This document shows, piece by piece, positions 44,022-53,718 of a stretch of 64,000 nucleotides of DNA (position 1 is its first letter; the number at the start of each line of letters is the position of its first letter). A program made the translations under genes and the position numbers. Source of the stretch: Corallococcus sp. NCRR (GTDB lineage: Bacteria > Myxococcota > Myxococcia > Myxococcales > Myxococcaceae); contig NZ_CP114039.1 in NCBI RefSeq assembly GCF_026965535.1, positions 8,163,461-8,227,460 on the forward strand. Reading direction: 5' to 3'. Below the pieces are notes generated by a model. That model was not told where the DNA came from. It was given only the letters and a program-made list of their open reading frames with translations, and ran no database searches.

Positions 44022-45257
44022 ATGAACGACGTCCAGCGATTCGGGCCATACCGCGTCCTGCGGGACATCGGCGAAGGCGGCATGGGGCGCGTCTCGCTCG
44101 CGGAGCGCGAGGGCTGGGAAGCGCCGGTCGTCCTCAAGCGCATCCACTCCGAGCACGCCGCCGACGTCCGCTTCCGCCGCCGCCTGCTGCGGGAGGCGGA
44201 GGTCGCCGCCGGACTGCATCACGTCAACGTGGTGCGCGTGCTGGAGACGGGCGTCATCGACGACCAGGTGTACCTGTCCATGGAGTACGTCGCGGGCTCC
44301 AGCCTCGCGCATGTCCATGCGGCCAGCCGGCCGGAGCTGCTGCCGCTGGGCCCCATCCTGGATGCCATTGCCCAGGCGTGTGACGGACTCGCGTACGTGC
44401 ACCGCTTCGTCAACCCGGAGTCGGGCAAGTGGATGGAGCTCATCCACCGCGACGTGTCCCTGGACAACCTTCTCCTGTCCTACACCGGCACGGTGAAGAT
44501 CGCGGACTTCGGCATCGTGAAGACGTCCGAAGGCACGCAGACGACGTCCGGCGTGGTGATGGGGAAGCTGGCGTACATGTCCCCGGAGCAGATCCGCGAC
44601 GACGTCCTGGACGCGCGCGCGGACCTGTACTCGCTGGGCGTCTGTCTTTATGAGCTGCTCGCCGGACGCCGTCCATTCCCCATCCAGCGCGGCCGTTCGG
44701 TGATGGAGTCGGTGCTGTATGACGCTCCGCCGCCGCTCACGCCGCAGCGTCCGGGGATTCCCGCGTCGCTGGTGTCGCTGGTGGAAGCGCTGCTCGCCAA
44801 GGACCGCCAGGGCAGGCCCACGGAGGCCACCGCGGTGGCGAAGGAGCTCCGCGCGGAGCTGGCCCGGCTGGGCGAGTCCCCGCTCTTCCCGTCCCGGCTG
44901 ATGGAGCCCCCGACCGGCGTCCCGGCGAAGCCCCGGAGGCTCCGCCCGGCCCTGCCCGAGCCGCCCTCTCCCGAGCCCACGGAGGTGATGAAGCCGGAGG
45001 CGCTGCCCACCCTGCCCCTGGAGCCCGCGCCCCCACAACATTCGGAGGTGCCGACCCAGGCGCTGAGGCCGCGGCGCCCCGTGTCCCAGCCGCCGGAGCC
45101 CGCTCCCGTGAAGGAGCAGGCCCGGCTCCCGGAACCCGTGAAGCGGTTCCGGTCCTCCGAGGAGCCGCCACCGTCCCCACAGGCGCCGTGGCTCAAGTGG
45201 GTGGCCGTGTCCGTGGCGGGGAGCCTGCTCGCCGCGGCGGCCTGGTGGTGGAGCTGA
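44022..45257 (+). CDS. Ser/Thr protein kinase with Pro-rich linker and C-terminal TM anchor
   Basis: 411 aa. GEGGMGRV, VLKRI, HRDVSLDN (atypical catalytic loop), DFGIVK, SPEQ. C-terminal WLKWVAVSVAGSLLAAAAWWW hydrophobic segment. Confidence 0.85.
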   Translation: MNDVQRFGPYRVLRDIGEGGMGRVSLAEREGWEAPVVLKRIHSEHAADVRFRRRLLREAEVAAGLHHVNVVRVLETGVIDDQVYLSMEYVAGSSLAHVHAASRPELLPLGPILDAIAQACDGLAYVHRFVNPESGKWMELIHRDVSLDNLLLSYTGTVKIADFGIVKTSEGTQTTSGVVMGKLAYMSPEQIRDDVLDARADLYSLGVCLYELLAGRRPFPIQRGRSVMESVLYDAPPPLTPQRPGIPASLVSLVEALLAKDRQGRPTEATAVAKELRAELARLGESPLFPSRLMEPPTGVPAKPRRLRPALPEPPSPEPTEVMKPEALPTLPLEPAPPQHSEVPTQALRPRRPVSQPPEPAPVKEQARLPEPVKRFRSSEEPPPSPQAPWLKWVAVSVAGSLLAAAAWWWS

Positions 45258-45698
45258 TCAGCAGCCGCAGGTCCCGCTGAAGGCGTACTGATATTGATAT
45301 TCCGTGTGCGTGTAGGTGCCGGACGCGTCGAAGCACACGCGATAGCTGGACTGCAGGTTGGACAGGCCCGGCTTGCCGCGCTGGTAGGGATAGCTGCCAT
45401 CGTCACACGGCGGAGGGAGGGTCTCGGGCCCGCCCCCACCCGCGAGGGAACGGGTATTGACCGCCATCGGATCACCCTCGCAATACCAGTAGTAGCCACA
45501 GGTGCGGTTGTCCGTACAAATCTGCTCGCCCGTGTTGCTCCACTCGGACCAGGTCGCGCACGAGCCGAGCGCGGCCTCCGCCGTGGCGAGCGACGCCTCC
45601 TCGGCCGCGGCCTCCTCGGCCGTCATGGGCCCCCCACACGCAGTCAACGCCAGACCCGTGCAGACGCCTACGACGCGCAGCAATGAAAATCCAGACAT
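45258..45698 (-). CDS. small Cys-rich lipoprotein (146 aa), tandem paralog 1
   Basis: Signal + lipobox VGVCTGLALTACGG. Conserved with its upstream neighbour: TAEEA..LATAEAAL, W..WSNTG, C.YYWYCE, YTHTEYQY. Confidence 0.5.
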   Translation of the reverse strand: MSGFSLLRVVGVCTGLALTACGGPMTAEEAAAEEASLATAEAALGSCATWSEWSNTGEQICTDNRTCGYYWYCEGDPMAVNTRSLAGGGGPETLPPPCDDGSYPYQRGKPGLSNLQSSYRVCFDASGTYTHTEYQYQYAFSGTCGC

Positions 45699-45938
45699 GA
45701 TGGGGACTCCTTGTCCGAGGGGGCACCGTCATGGCGCCCGGCCATCAGACAGGAATTCACATTAGACAATCCCGGCATGCCAGACCAGCACAGGCCTTTC
45801 AACAGCCCTCCGACAAGACCCGTCCGTTCAAAAGGCGGCAAATCCATCGGCCTGCAATCCATTGCTTCATGACTCCATGATTGCGCCACGTCGATTTGCC
45901 GCCCTGCACAATGCCTTTCTTGACGCCGTCCGCCAGCG

Positions 45939-46364
45939 TCAGCAGTTGATGCAACTGCTGGCGTAGTTCCGGTATTGATATTCCGTGTGCGTGTAGTTGA
46001 GGGCCTCGTCGTAGCAAGCCCGGTACTGGAACTGGTAACGCATCATGCCGGAATTGACGTACGGGACGGCCACCTGGCCCGCGGGGCACACCGGCGGCCT
46101 CTGCTGGGGTCCATCATCGAGGGACGGAGCGTCGTCCGCCTTCAGCCTCGGCTCACAAACCCAGGTGGTCCCACAGTCTGGATTGGACAAACACCTGACC
46201 ACACCGGTGTCACTCCATCCCACCCAATCGCCACACGTGATCAGCGCGGCCTCCGAGGTGGCCAGCGTCGTCTCCCCGGCGGTGGCCTCCTCGTGCGTCA
46301 TCGCTCCACCGCACGCCGTCAATGCCAGCCCCGTGCACAGCAGCAACGCGACTCCAGGCTTCAT
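45939..46364 (-). CDS. small Cys-rich lipoprotein (141 aa), tandem paralog 2
   Basis: MKPGVALLLCTGLALTACGG lipobox (ATG at ~46364; the track ORF starts 18 codons earlier). Shares LATSEAAL, WVGWSDTG, TTWVCE and YTHTEYQY blocks with paralog 1. Upstream leader regions are also similar (ggcaccgtcatggcgcccggcc / gccggcatggcgcccggcc). Confidence 0.5.
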   Translation of the reverse strand: MKPGVALLLCTGLALTACGGAMTHEEATAGETTLATSEAALITCGDWVGWSDTGVVRCLSNPDCGTTWVCEPRLKADDAPSLDDGPQQRPPVCPAGQVAVPYVNSGMMRYQFQYRACYDEALNYTHTEYQYRNYASSCINC

Positions 46365-46509
46365 GGATGACTCCCTGGTCCGAGGAGGACGCCGGCATGG
46401 CGCCCGGCCTTCCGACAAGGCCTCATGTTAGGCAATCCGGATTTCCCAGACAATTCCATGTCTTCACGGCAATTCCGTCAATAACGGCCAAATCCAATGA
46501 CTGTGAGAC

Positions 46510-49425
46510 TCAGCGACTGGCAATCCATTGCTTCACCTGTGCCAGCTCGCGTCGCATCATGGAGCCGCCCTGGGTGAAGCCTTCCTCGGCCTTCTTCGCG
46601 AGCGTCATCGCCCGTGCATGCTCCGCCGGCTGACTCCAGAGCGCCTGCGCGAGCGCGAAGTGCGTCATCGCCGCGTCCATCGGGTTCCAGCCCAGCGGCG
46701 CCAGCACCCGCTCCGACGTCTCCAGCAAGTCACGCGCGCTGTCGCCCTGCCCCAGCAGGAAGTACGCGAGCCCCAGCGCCGTGCGGCTGTGGATGGTCCG
46801 CGCATGGTCCGCGCCCAGCGCGCGCGACTTGGACTCCAGCGCCGCGCGCAAGAGCGGCACCGCTTCCTTCGGACGGCCCTGCGCCACCATCAACCGCCCC
46901 ACGTCCTCCTCCAGGGTCTCCACCGCGAACTCGTCCGGCGGCAGCACCTTGCGCTGGAGCGCCAGTCCTTCCTGGAAGTGCGCGAGCGCGTCCGCGTCCC
47001 GCTCCAGACGCTCCTCCGCGCCCGCCAGGGCCTTCAGCGAATCAATTGCCTCGCGGCTCTCCGCGCCAAAGCCCTGACGCATGCCCTCCAGCGCCTGCCG
47101 GTGCAGCGCGAGCGCCCGGTCCGGCGCACCCAACGACTCCTGCACCAGCGCGATGTCGTGGAGCAGCAGCAATGTCTGGGAATTGAGCGGCCCCAGCGTC
47201 TGCTGCCGCAGCGTGTACGCGCGCTGCAACCACTCCAGCGCCTTGGGCAGGTTTCCCGCATCCTGCTCCGCGAAGCCCAGGTTGATGAGCGGGCCCACGA
47301 GCAGCGGATGCACCGGCCCCAGCCGCTCCTCGTAGATGGCGAGCGCCTTCTGGTACAGCGCGGTGCCCTCCGCCCTCCTGCCCTGGCGCAGCATCACCAT
47401 GCCCAGGTTGTTGTAGACCTTCGCGGTGTCCACGTGCATGGGCCCCAGGGTGCGCTCGCGCAGCGCCAGGGCCCGCGTGTAGTGCTCCGCCGCCGCGTCG
47501 AGCGCTGCCTCGTTCATCGCGAGGATGCCCTCGTGGTTGGCGAGCCGCCCCTCCAGGTCCGGCGCGGAGCCCAGCCGTTCGATGAGCGCGTGCGCCTGGG
47601 CGCTCCACAGGTGGGCCTCGGGGAACCACTCGGGGTCCCCGCTCAGCCCGAGCACCAGCTCCGTGGCCACCTGGAGCGCCACTTCGTCATGCCGTCCCGC
47701 CGTGGCGGCGGCCATGGCCTCGTGCCACGTGGCCCGCGCGTCGCGCGACTGGCTCATGCGGTGGTGCGCCCAGCCCAGCGCGTGGAGCGCCTCCGCCTCC
47801 ACCGGCCGGTAGTGCGTCGCGTGCGCCGCCTCCACGGCCGCCCTGGCCACGGGCACCGCCTGCGAGTAGCGGCCCGTGTCGAGCAGCGCCTGCGCATGCG
47901 CCACGTCCTGGCGCACCGCCTCCACGCGGGCGCGCGCCGTCGGGTCCTCCGGAGGCGGTACCGTGGCGGACAGCGCCTCCACGTTCGCGCAGCCGGACAC
48001 GCCACGCAGCGAGTCCACTGCTTCCGCGCTGCGCTGCACCAGCGCCACATCCGCGTGCGCCAGCTCCGTGCTCAGCGCGTCCACCGCGCGCAGGCGCCGG
48101 TCCAGGCACGACATGCGCAGCGCGAGGTGCGCCTCCGGCTGCTCTCCCGTCACGCGCGTGGCCTCGCAGGCCTGGCGGTGCATGCGGCTCCACTCCGACG
48201 CGTACGCATCCAGCGCGCGCTCCACCCGCTCGAATGCACCGTCCGCGTCGCTCGCGCCGCTCTTCTCGAAGGCCTCCGCCACCGCCGCCTTCTGCGCGGG
48301 GCCCCACACGCGGGCGAACAGCTTGGGCGCGCCGCTGCACGGCGTGGGACGCACCCACGCCACGCCCACGCCCAGGAAGAGCCCGGCCACCACCGCGATG
48401 GAGCGGCCCGCGAGCTTCTTGCGTCCCGCCTCCGGGTCGCGCTCCAGCGCCGCCAGCAGCGCCTCCATGGACGCGAAGCGCTGCTCCGGCGCCACCGCCA
48501 GGCCTTGCGCCAGCACGCGGTGCACCCAGCCTGGAACGGACGGATGCGCGGGCGGCTCCAGCTCCACCCGGGGCACCACCGCGCCCTGGGGCGCCCGCTG
48601 CGAATCCAGCAGGGTGACGGCCATGCGCCGCAGCGTCCCCTCCTCGAAGGGGCGCTGGCCGGTGAGCGCTTCGTAGACGGACACGCAATAGCTGAACTGG
48701 TCCGCTCTCGCGTCCGGGCCCCGCCCCGCGTACTGCTCCGGCGCCATGTACGCGGGCGTCCCCACCAGCGCGCCCGTCGCCGTGAGGCGCGTGTCGAGCG
48801 GCCCCTCCAACAGCGCCGCCGGAGGCACCGCGGGCCCGGCCTCCGTGCCCACGCCCGCGTCGGACGCGATGCCGAAGTCCGTCACCCAGACGCCGCCGTC
48901 CCGGCCCAGGAGCACGTTGTCTGGCTTGAAGTCGCGGTGCACCAACCCCGCCGCGTGCGCCGCCGCGAGCCCCTGCCCCATCGCCCGGCACACCGCCAGC
49001 ACCTGTCTTTGGGGATGCGGTCCCTCGCGCAGCCACTGCCGCAGCGTGCCGCCCTCCACCCGCGCCATGGCGATGAACACCCGTCCGTCGTGCGTGCCCA
49101 CGTCATGCACCGTGAGCACGTTCGGATGGGACAGGCGCGCCATGGCCTGGGCCTCGCGCACCAGCCGCAGCGCGCGGGCGTCCTCCTCCTCGTCCGGCAG
49201 ACGCCGCTCGTGCAGCAGCTTGATGGCGACGGTGCGGCGCAGCTCCGGGTCGAAGGCTTCAAAGACTTCGCCCATGCCGCCCTTGCCCAGCCGCGCCAGC
49301 AAGACATAGCGGCCCACGCGCGTCGCGTGGAGCGGACGCTCCGGCGCGCTGGAGTCACCCGTCGGGTGGCCTGTATTCGGCGCCTGGGAACCGGTGTCTT
49401 CAGTAGGCCGGGAGGTCTTCATCAC
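46510..49425 (-). CDS. Ser/Thr protein kinase with TM segment and TPR-repeat C-terminal region
   Basis: 971 aa. GKGGMGEVF, VAIKLL, HRDFKPDNVLL, DFGIA, APEQ. Hydrophobic IAVVAGLFLGVGVAWV. Then TPR-like repeats (ALHALGWAH..., LYQKALAIYEERLG, ...). Confidence 0.85.
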   Translation of the reverse strand: MMKTSRPTEDTGSQAPNTGHPTGDSSAPERPLHATRVGRYVLLARLGKGGMGEVFEAFDPELRRTVAIKLLHERRLPDEEEDARALRLVREAQAMARLSHPNVLTVHDVGTHDGRVFIAMARVEGGTLRQWLREGPHPQRQVLAVCRAMGQGLAAAHAAGLVHRDFKPDNVLLGRDGGVWVTDFGIASDAGVGTEAGPAVPPAALLEGPLDTRLTATGALVGTPAYMAPEQYAGRGPDARADQFSYCVSVYEALTGQRPFEEGTLRRMAVTLLDSQRAPQGAVVPRVELEPPAHPSVPGWVHRVLAQGLAVAPEQRFASMEALLAALERDPEAGRKKLAGRSIAVVAGLFLGVGVAWVRPTPCSGAPKLFARVWGPAQKAAVAEAFEKSGASDADGAFERVERALDAYASEWSRMHRQACEATRVTGEQPEAHLALRMSCLDRRLRAVDALSTELAHADVALVQRSAEAVDSLRGVSGCANVEALSATVPPPEDPTARARVEAVRQDVAHAQALLDTGRYSQAVPVARAAVEAAHATHYRPVEAEALHALGWAHHRMSQSRDARATWHEAMAAATAGRHDEVALQVATELVLGLSGDPEWFPEAHLWSAQAHALIERLGSAPDLEGRLANHEGILAMNEAALDAAAEHYTRALALRERTLGPMHVDTAKVYNNLGMVMLRQGRRAEGTALYQKALAIYEERLGPVHPLLVGPLINLGFAEQDAGNLPKALEWLQRAYTLRQQTLGPLNSQTLLLLHDIALVQESLGAPDRALALHRQALEGMRQGFGAESREAIDSLKALAGAEERLERDADALAHFQEGLALQRKVLPPDEFAVETLEEDVGRLMVAQGRPKEAVPLLRAALESKSRALGADHARTIHSRTALGLAYFLLGQGDSARDLLETSERVLAPLGWNPMDAAMTHFALAQALWSQPAEHARAMTLAKKAEEGFTQGGSMMRRELAQVKQWIASR

Positions 49426-49566
49426 TCCCAGCCTACCCCGAACCCGCCTTTCCCCATTATCCGCGCCTGCCTACCTGCTCCGGGTTGTGGCTGTCACAAT
49501 GGCCAATGGCAGACATTGCACAGCGGGCGCGTGCGTGGGCATGGGCGGTTGGTTATAGCGGCGCCC

Positions 49567-50529
49567 ATGCCCACCCTCCTCCTCAGCGCCAGGGACCTGC
49601 GCGGCCTCTACACCGTCGAGCTCGGACTGGAAGCCGTCGAGCGTGCCTTCCTGGCCCATGGCCGCGGCGACGCGCTCATGCCTCCCAAGGTGTACCTGTC
49701 CCTGCCGAAGCACGACGGCGACTTCCGCGCCATGCCCGCGTTCCTCGACGGCGCGGCCGGCGTGAAGTGGGTCAACGCCCATCCCCAGAACCCGCGCAAG
49801 CACGGGCTGCCCACGGTGCGCGCCGTGTATGTGCTCAGCGATCCGGACACCGCGTCCCCGCTGGCCATCCTGGACGGAACTCTGCTCACCGCATGGCGCA
49901 CCGGCGCCGCTGGCGGCATCGCGTCCAAGTATCTGGCCAGGAAGCAGCCCCGCACGCTGGGGCTCGTGGGCTGCGGCGTGCAGGCGCGCGTCCTCATCGA
50001 CGCGCACCGCGCCCTGTTCGGGGATCTGGAGCTGCTGCTCGCGGACGTGTCCGCCCCCGCCGCGGAGGCCCTCCAGAAGGAGAAGGGCGGCCGCGTGGTG
50101 AGCCTCCAGGAGGCCTCCGGCGCGGACATCGTCTGCTCCGCCACGCCCGCGCGCGCCCCGGTGGTCCGCCGTGAATGGGTCCAGGCCGGCGCCCACATCA
50201 ACGCCATGGGCGCGGATGCCCCCGGCAAGCAGGAGCTGGACCCGCGCCTGCTCGTCGAAGGGCGCGTCTTCATCGACGACCCGGATCAGGCGCTCCACTC
50301 CGGCGAGGTCAACGTCCCGCTGCACGACGGGCTCATCCAGGCCGAGCAGCTCGCCGGCACCCTGGGAGAGGTCATCGCCGGCCGCAAACCCGGCCGCACC
50401 GGCACCGAGGTCACCGTCTTCGACTCCACCGGCCTCGCCGTACAGGACGTGGCCCTGGCCCGCGCGCTCTACGACGTCGCCCTGGCGAAGGGCGTGGGGC
50501 AGAAGTTCGCTTTGGTCGACGAAGCCTGA
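49567..50529 (+). CDS. ornithine cyclodeaminase / mu-crystallin family protein
   Basis: 320 aa. LGLVGCGVQA Rossmann motif, INAMGADAPGKQELD, and overall OCD/mu-crystallin pattern. Only the 3' third of the 1333-aa track ORF is genuine. Confidence 0.8.
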   Translation: MPTLLLSARDLRGLYTVELGLEAVERAFLAHGRGDALMPPKVYLSLPKHDGDFRAMPAFLDGAAGVKWVNAHPQNPRKHGLPTVRAVYVLSDPDTASPLAILDGTLLTAWRTGAAGGIASKYLARKQPRTLGLVGCGVQARVLIDAHRALFGDLELLLADVSAPAAEALQKEKGGRVVSLQEASGADIVCSATPARAPVVRREWVQAGAHINAMGADAPGKQELDPRLLVEGRVFIDDPDQALHSGEVNVPLHDGLIQAEQLAGTLGEVIAGRKPGRTGTEVTVFDSTGLAVQDVALARALYDVALAKGVGQKFALVDEA

Positions 50530-50612
50530 TGCCCGTATCCCACCCGGTACGTCCTCCCCGCGGGGACGACCCCGGGGGACACACGGGTGCGGCGCTGTGA
50601 GGAAAAAAGAGA

Positions 50613-50649
50613 GCGCTCGCCGGCACCTTGGAGTTTTACCGGCGAGCGC
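50613..50649. terminator. stem-loop downstream of the OCD-family gene (possible terminator or RNA structure)
   Basis: GCGCTCGCCGG-caccttggagttttac-CCGGCGAGCGC is an 11-bp stem with a large 15-16-nt loop, preceded by an AAAAAAG run. Lies in a 545-bp ORF-free interval. Confidence 0.3.
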
Positions 50650-51074
50650 CCCGGGCCTCGTGCCGACTGGCAGGGCCTCGTAAAGTCGCGGCGGATGTGG
50701 AGCGGCCCTCGGGCCTGTCCACGCCACCTTCATGTTTCCTGCCGTCCGCCCCGCGTCCCGTGTTCCGGGCCCCGCGCTCGGCGTCCGTTTCCTTCAAAAA
50801 CCCCTGCGTTCCAGCGGTGATTCCTGCCCCGTCTGATCCGCCACACCCAGGGTGAGCACGCTTGCCTCTTCCGGCAATGCCCGAGGCGCCATTACCACGC
50901 CTTGCCCATCAATCTCCACGAAAATCGAGCTATTCCCATCTATAACCTGCACACACGCAGGGCCTGCGGGAAAGCCGCCTCCCCATTTCTACGAACGCGC
51001 CCGCCCCCAATTGCTGAGGACGGGCGTGGATTATCCGGATCGGTCTGACACTTCCCTGCCCCGGGGGGCGGGTT

Positions 51075-52229
51075 TCAGCCTGGGGGCAGTCCTGCCACCT
51101 GGCGGTACAGCGCGTCATGCCGGCGCACCATCTTCTCCAGGGACAGCTCGCGGGCGACGAAGCCCCGGGCGGCCTTGCCCATCTTGTGGGCCTCCTGGGG
51201 GTTGGCCAGCAGCCGGCGGAAGGCCTGGGCCAGCTGGGCGGGCCGCTCCGGCTCCACCACCAGGCCCCGCTCGCCGTCCTGGATGAGGTCCGGATTGCCG
51301 CCCACCCGGGTCACCACCATGGGCAGCCCGGCCGCCATGCCCTCCATCACCGCGTTGGACATGCCCTCCGCCGTGGAGCACAGGACGCCGAAGGTGGCCT
51401 GCCCGTAGAGGGCCGGCACGTCCGTGCGGTGTTTGAGGAAGTGCACCCCGTCCGCCACCCCCAGTTCGTGCGCCATCTTCTCCAGCGCCGGCCGGCGGGG
51501 CCCGTCCCCCACGAACCACGCGTTCAGCTTCGTCCCCTCATGACGCAGCATGGCAAGGGCGAGCAGCAGGTCCTCCTGCCGCTTCACGGGGTGGTTCATG
51601 TTGGCCACGTGGATGACCGTGGGCGCGCCGCGGGTGTCGGGCAGCGTGTCCTTGAGCCCCTCCGCCGCTCTCGCGTCGAAGCGCTGGAGGTCCAGGCCGT
51701 TGTGGATGACGGAGATGCGCGATTCGGGCAGCCCCTCCTCGTGGATGAGCAGCTGGCGGATGGCCTCCGCGTTGGCGATGACGTGATCCGCCATGCGCGT
51801 CATCTGCGCGTGCAGCAGGCGGCGGGCCTTGCCCTGCCAGTGGGACAGGTCCAACCGGCCGACGATGACCTTCGCGCCCGCGAGCTTCGCGGCCGGCACC
51901 GCGATGATGCTGGAGTAGAAGTCGTGCACGTGCACCAACTGCACGCGGTTCGCCTTGAGCCACCGGGACATCCGGTGGATCTGCATCAGCGTGTTGGGCT
52001 GCACGAGCGAGCCCTTGAGGGAGAACACCTCCGGCGCGTGCCCCAGCTTCCAGACCGAACCCATCAAGGGCCCGGCGTCCTCCAACACAGACACCTGCAA
52101 CTGATAGCTGGAGGGCAGGCCTCGCAGCAGCTCCAGCACCTGGACCTCGGTGCCGCCAATGTGGAACGACCGGGTGAACTGCACCAGACGGAGGGGCTCC
52201 TGCCCCAGCCGCGCATCCTCACGCCGCAT
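51075..52229 (-). CDS. glycosyltransferase family 1 (GT4-type)
   Basis: 384 aa. N-terminal GT-B domain (FTRSFHIGGTEVQVLEL). C-terminal EGMSNAVMEGMAAGLPMVVTRVGGNPDLI nucleotide-sugar binding motif (E-x7-E). Confidence 0.8.
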   Translation of the reverse strand: MRREDARLGQEPLRLVQFTRSFHIGGTEVQVLELLRGLPSSYQLQVSVLEDAGPLMGSVWKLGHAPEVFSLKGSLVQPNTLMQIHRMSRWLKANRVQLVHVHDFYSSIIAVPAAKLAGAKVIVGRLDLSHWQGKARRLLHAQMTRMADHVIANAEAIRQLLIHEEGLPESRISVIHNGLDLQRFDARAAEGLKDTLPDTRGAPTVIHVANMNHPVKRQEDLLLALAMLRHEGTKLNAWFVGDGPRRPALEKMAHELGVADGVHFLKHRTDVPALYGQATFGVLCSTAEGMSNAVMEGMAAGLPMVVTRVGGNPDLIQDGERGLVVEPERPAQLAQAFRRLLANPQEAHKMGKAARGFVARELSLEKMVRRHDALYRQVAGLPPG

Positions 52230-53502
52230 GCCCAGACCCCTCCCACGTGGCCACCGGCGAAGGGTTCATCGCCGGCTGCCTCCCCACCGCCAGGGCGCGC
52301 TCCCGTGCCTGCGCGATGCGATGCGCGCTCGCGGCCAGGCCGAAGAGCACGTAGCAATGCGCGGACAGGATGTAGCCCGAGAACAAATCACAGACGAGGT
52401 AGCCCGCCACGGACGCCAGGAGGGCGCGTGCCAGCCATCCCATCTCCGGGTCCGAGGACGCGGCCGCCGCCCCACCCACGGCCCCCCCCGAGAACACCAG
52501 GAAGCACAGGAGGCCAATCCACCCGAGCTCCCCGATGACGTCGAGGAAGATGTTGTGCGCCACGTAGGCGCGGTGCGCCTCCGGCGGCGCGTACTGGAAC
52601 CAGGCGTAGCGGAAGCCGCCCGCGCCCACGCCGAGCAGCGGCTTGTCCAGGCTCATGCGGCTGGCCACCTGCCACGCGTAGACGCGGCCCATGGCGGACG
52701 CGTCCTCGTGGAACGACGCCACCGTCTCGTTGCGCTGCCAGAAGCTCTTGGGCGCGAACACCGCCAGGCCCGCGACGAACACCGTGCCCAGCACGATGGC
52801 CTGCATGCGGCGCTTCTCACGGATGGCCCACATGGCCATCGCCAGGGACAGGCCGATGAAGCCGCCGCGCGAGTGCGACAGCACGATGGCGATGACCGCC
52901 AGCACCGCGGACGCCGCGCACAGCAGGCGGAACACCCACGGGGTGCTCTTGCGCGCGATGAACGCCACCGCGAGCGGCACCACCAGCACCATGTTCATGG
53001 CCATGTGGTTGGGGTCCGCGTACACGCCGACCCAGCGCGAACGGAAGCCCTCCACCATGTTCTCGCCGACGATGTACCAGTTGATGACGCCAATGGACGT
53101 CACGATGGCGCCCAGCACCATGGCGCCGCACACCACCGCCAGCCGCTTGGGCGTGGTGATGACGTTGACGAGCGTCAGGTAGATGGCCGTGAGCTTGAGC
53201 AGCTCCACGCCCTGGAAGCGCGTCACCTCCGGGTTCACGCTCCACGCCACCGAGCAGAACGCCAGCGACGAGAACGCCAAGAGCGCGATGCCCCGCGCGC
53301 CGTCGAAGAAGATGGGCTCCGCCCTGCCGATGCGGCGCATCACCATCAGGCCCGCGCCCAACCCTGAAGTCAGCAGCGCGAGCCGCAGCGGCTCCAGCGC
53401 GGGGATCCACTCACCCGGCACCGCGTACATCACCGCCGCGAACCCCGCGAGCATGTAGAAAGCCAGTACGTCGCGACGCTGCTCCACCGCGCCCGGTCCC
53501 AT
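52219..53502 (-). CDS. O-antigen ligase/polymerase (Wzy_C-like) polytopic membrane protein
   Basis: About 10 predicted TM helices. LSHSRGGFIGL loop motif typical of Wzy_C/O-antigen ligase domains. Overlaps the GT1 gene by 11 bp (operon). Confidence 0.65.
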   Translation of the reverse strand: MGPGAVEQRRDVLAFYMLAGFAAVMYAVPGEWIPALEPLRLALLTSGLGAGLMVMRRIGRAEPIFFDGARGIALLAFSSLAFCSVAWSVNPEVTRFQGVELLKLTAIYLTLVNVITTPKRLAVVCGAMVLGAIVTSIGVINWYIVGENMVEGFRSRWVGVYADPNHMAMNMVLVVPLAVAFIARKSTPWVFRLLCAASAVLAVIAIVLSHSRGGFIGLSLAMAMWAIREKRRMQAIVLGTVFVAGLAVFAPKSFWQRNETVASFHEDASAMGRVYAWQVASRMSLDKPLLGVGAGGFRYAWFQYAPPEAHRAYVAHNIFLDVIGELGWIGLLCFLVFSGGAVGGAAAASSDPEMGWLARALLASVAGYLVCDLFSGYILSAHCYVLFGLAASAHRIAQARERALAVGRQPAMNPSPVATWEGSGHAA

Positions 53503-53718
53503 GTACGCCACCCCTTCGCTGTCGGTCGCTCGTCCCGTCACACGCGTGCCCCTGGCCCTCGTGGAATTCCGTTGCCGTGCGCGAACCACGGTTCGCGAAC
53601 AGCTAGCGGGCGAGGGGCAAAGCAGCGCGCGTGCCAGAGGATGGCAACGCGGGAGGCCTGTATCTTCGGGAGGTTGCGCGCCCGCCCGCGACCGCCGGGC
53701 CGGGCAAGGCTGAAAAAC

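Noticed and set aside
46528-50529. 1333-aa plus-strand ORF
   Set aside because: Its first ~1010 codons are antisense to the kinase-TPR gene (46510..49425) and are Arg/His/Leu-rich nonsense. Only the last 320 codons (49567..50529, OCD family) form a real gene, with its own ATG.
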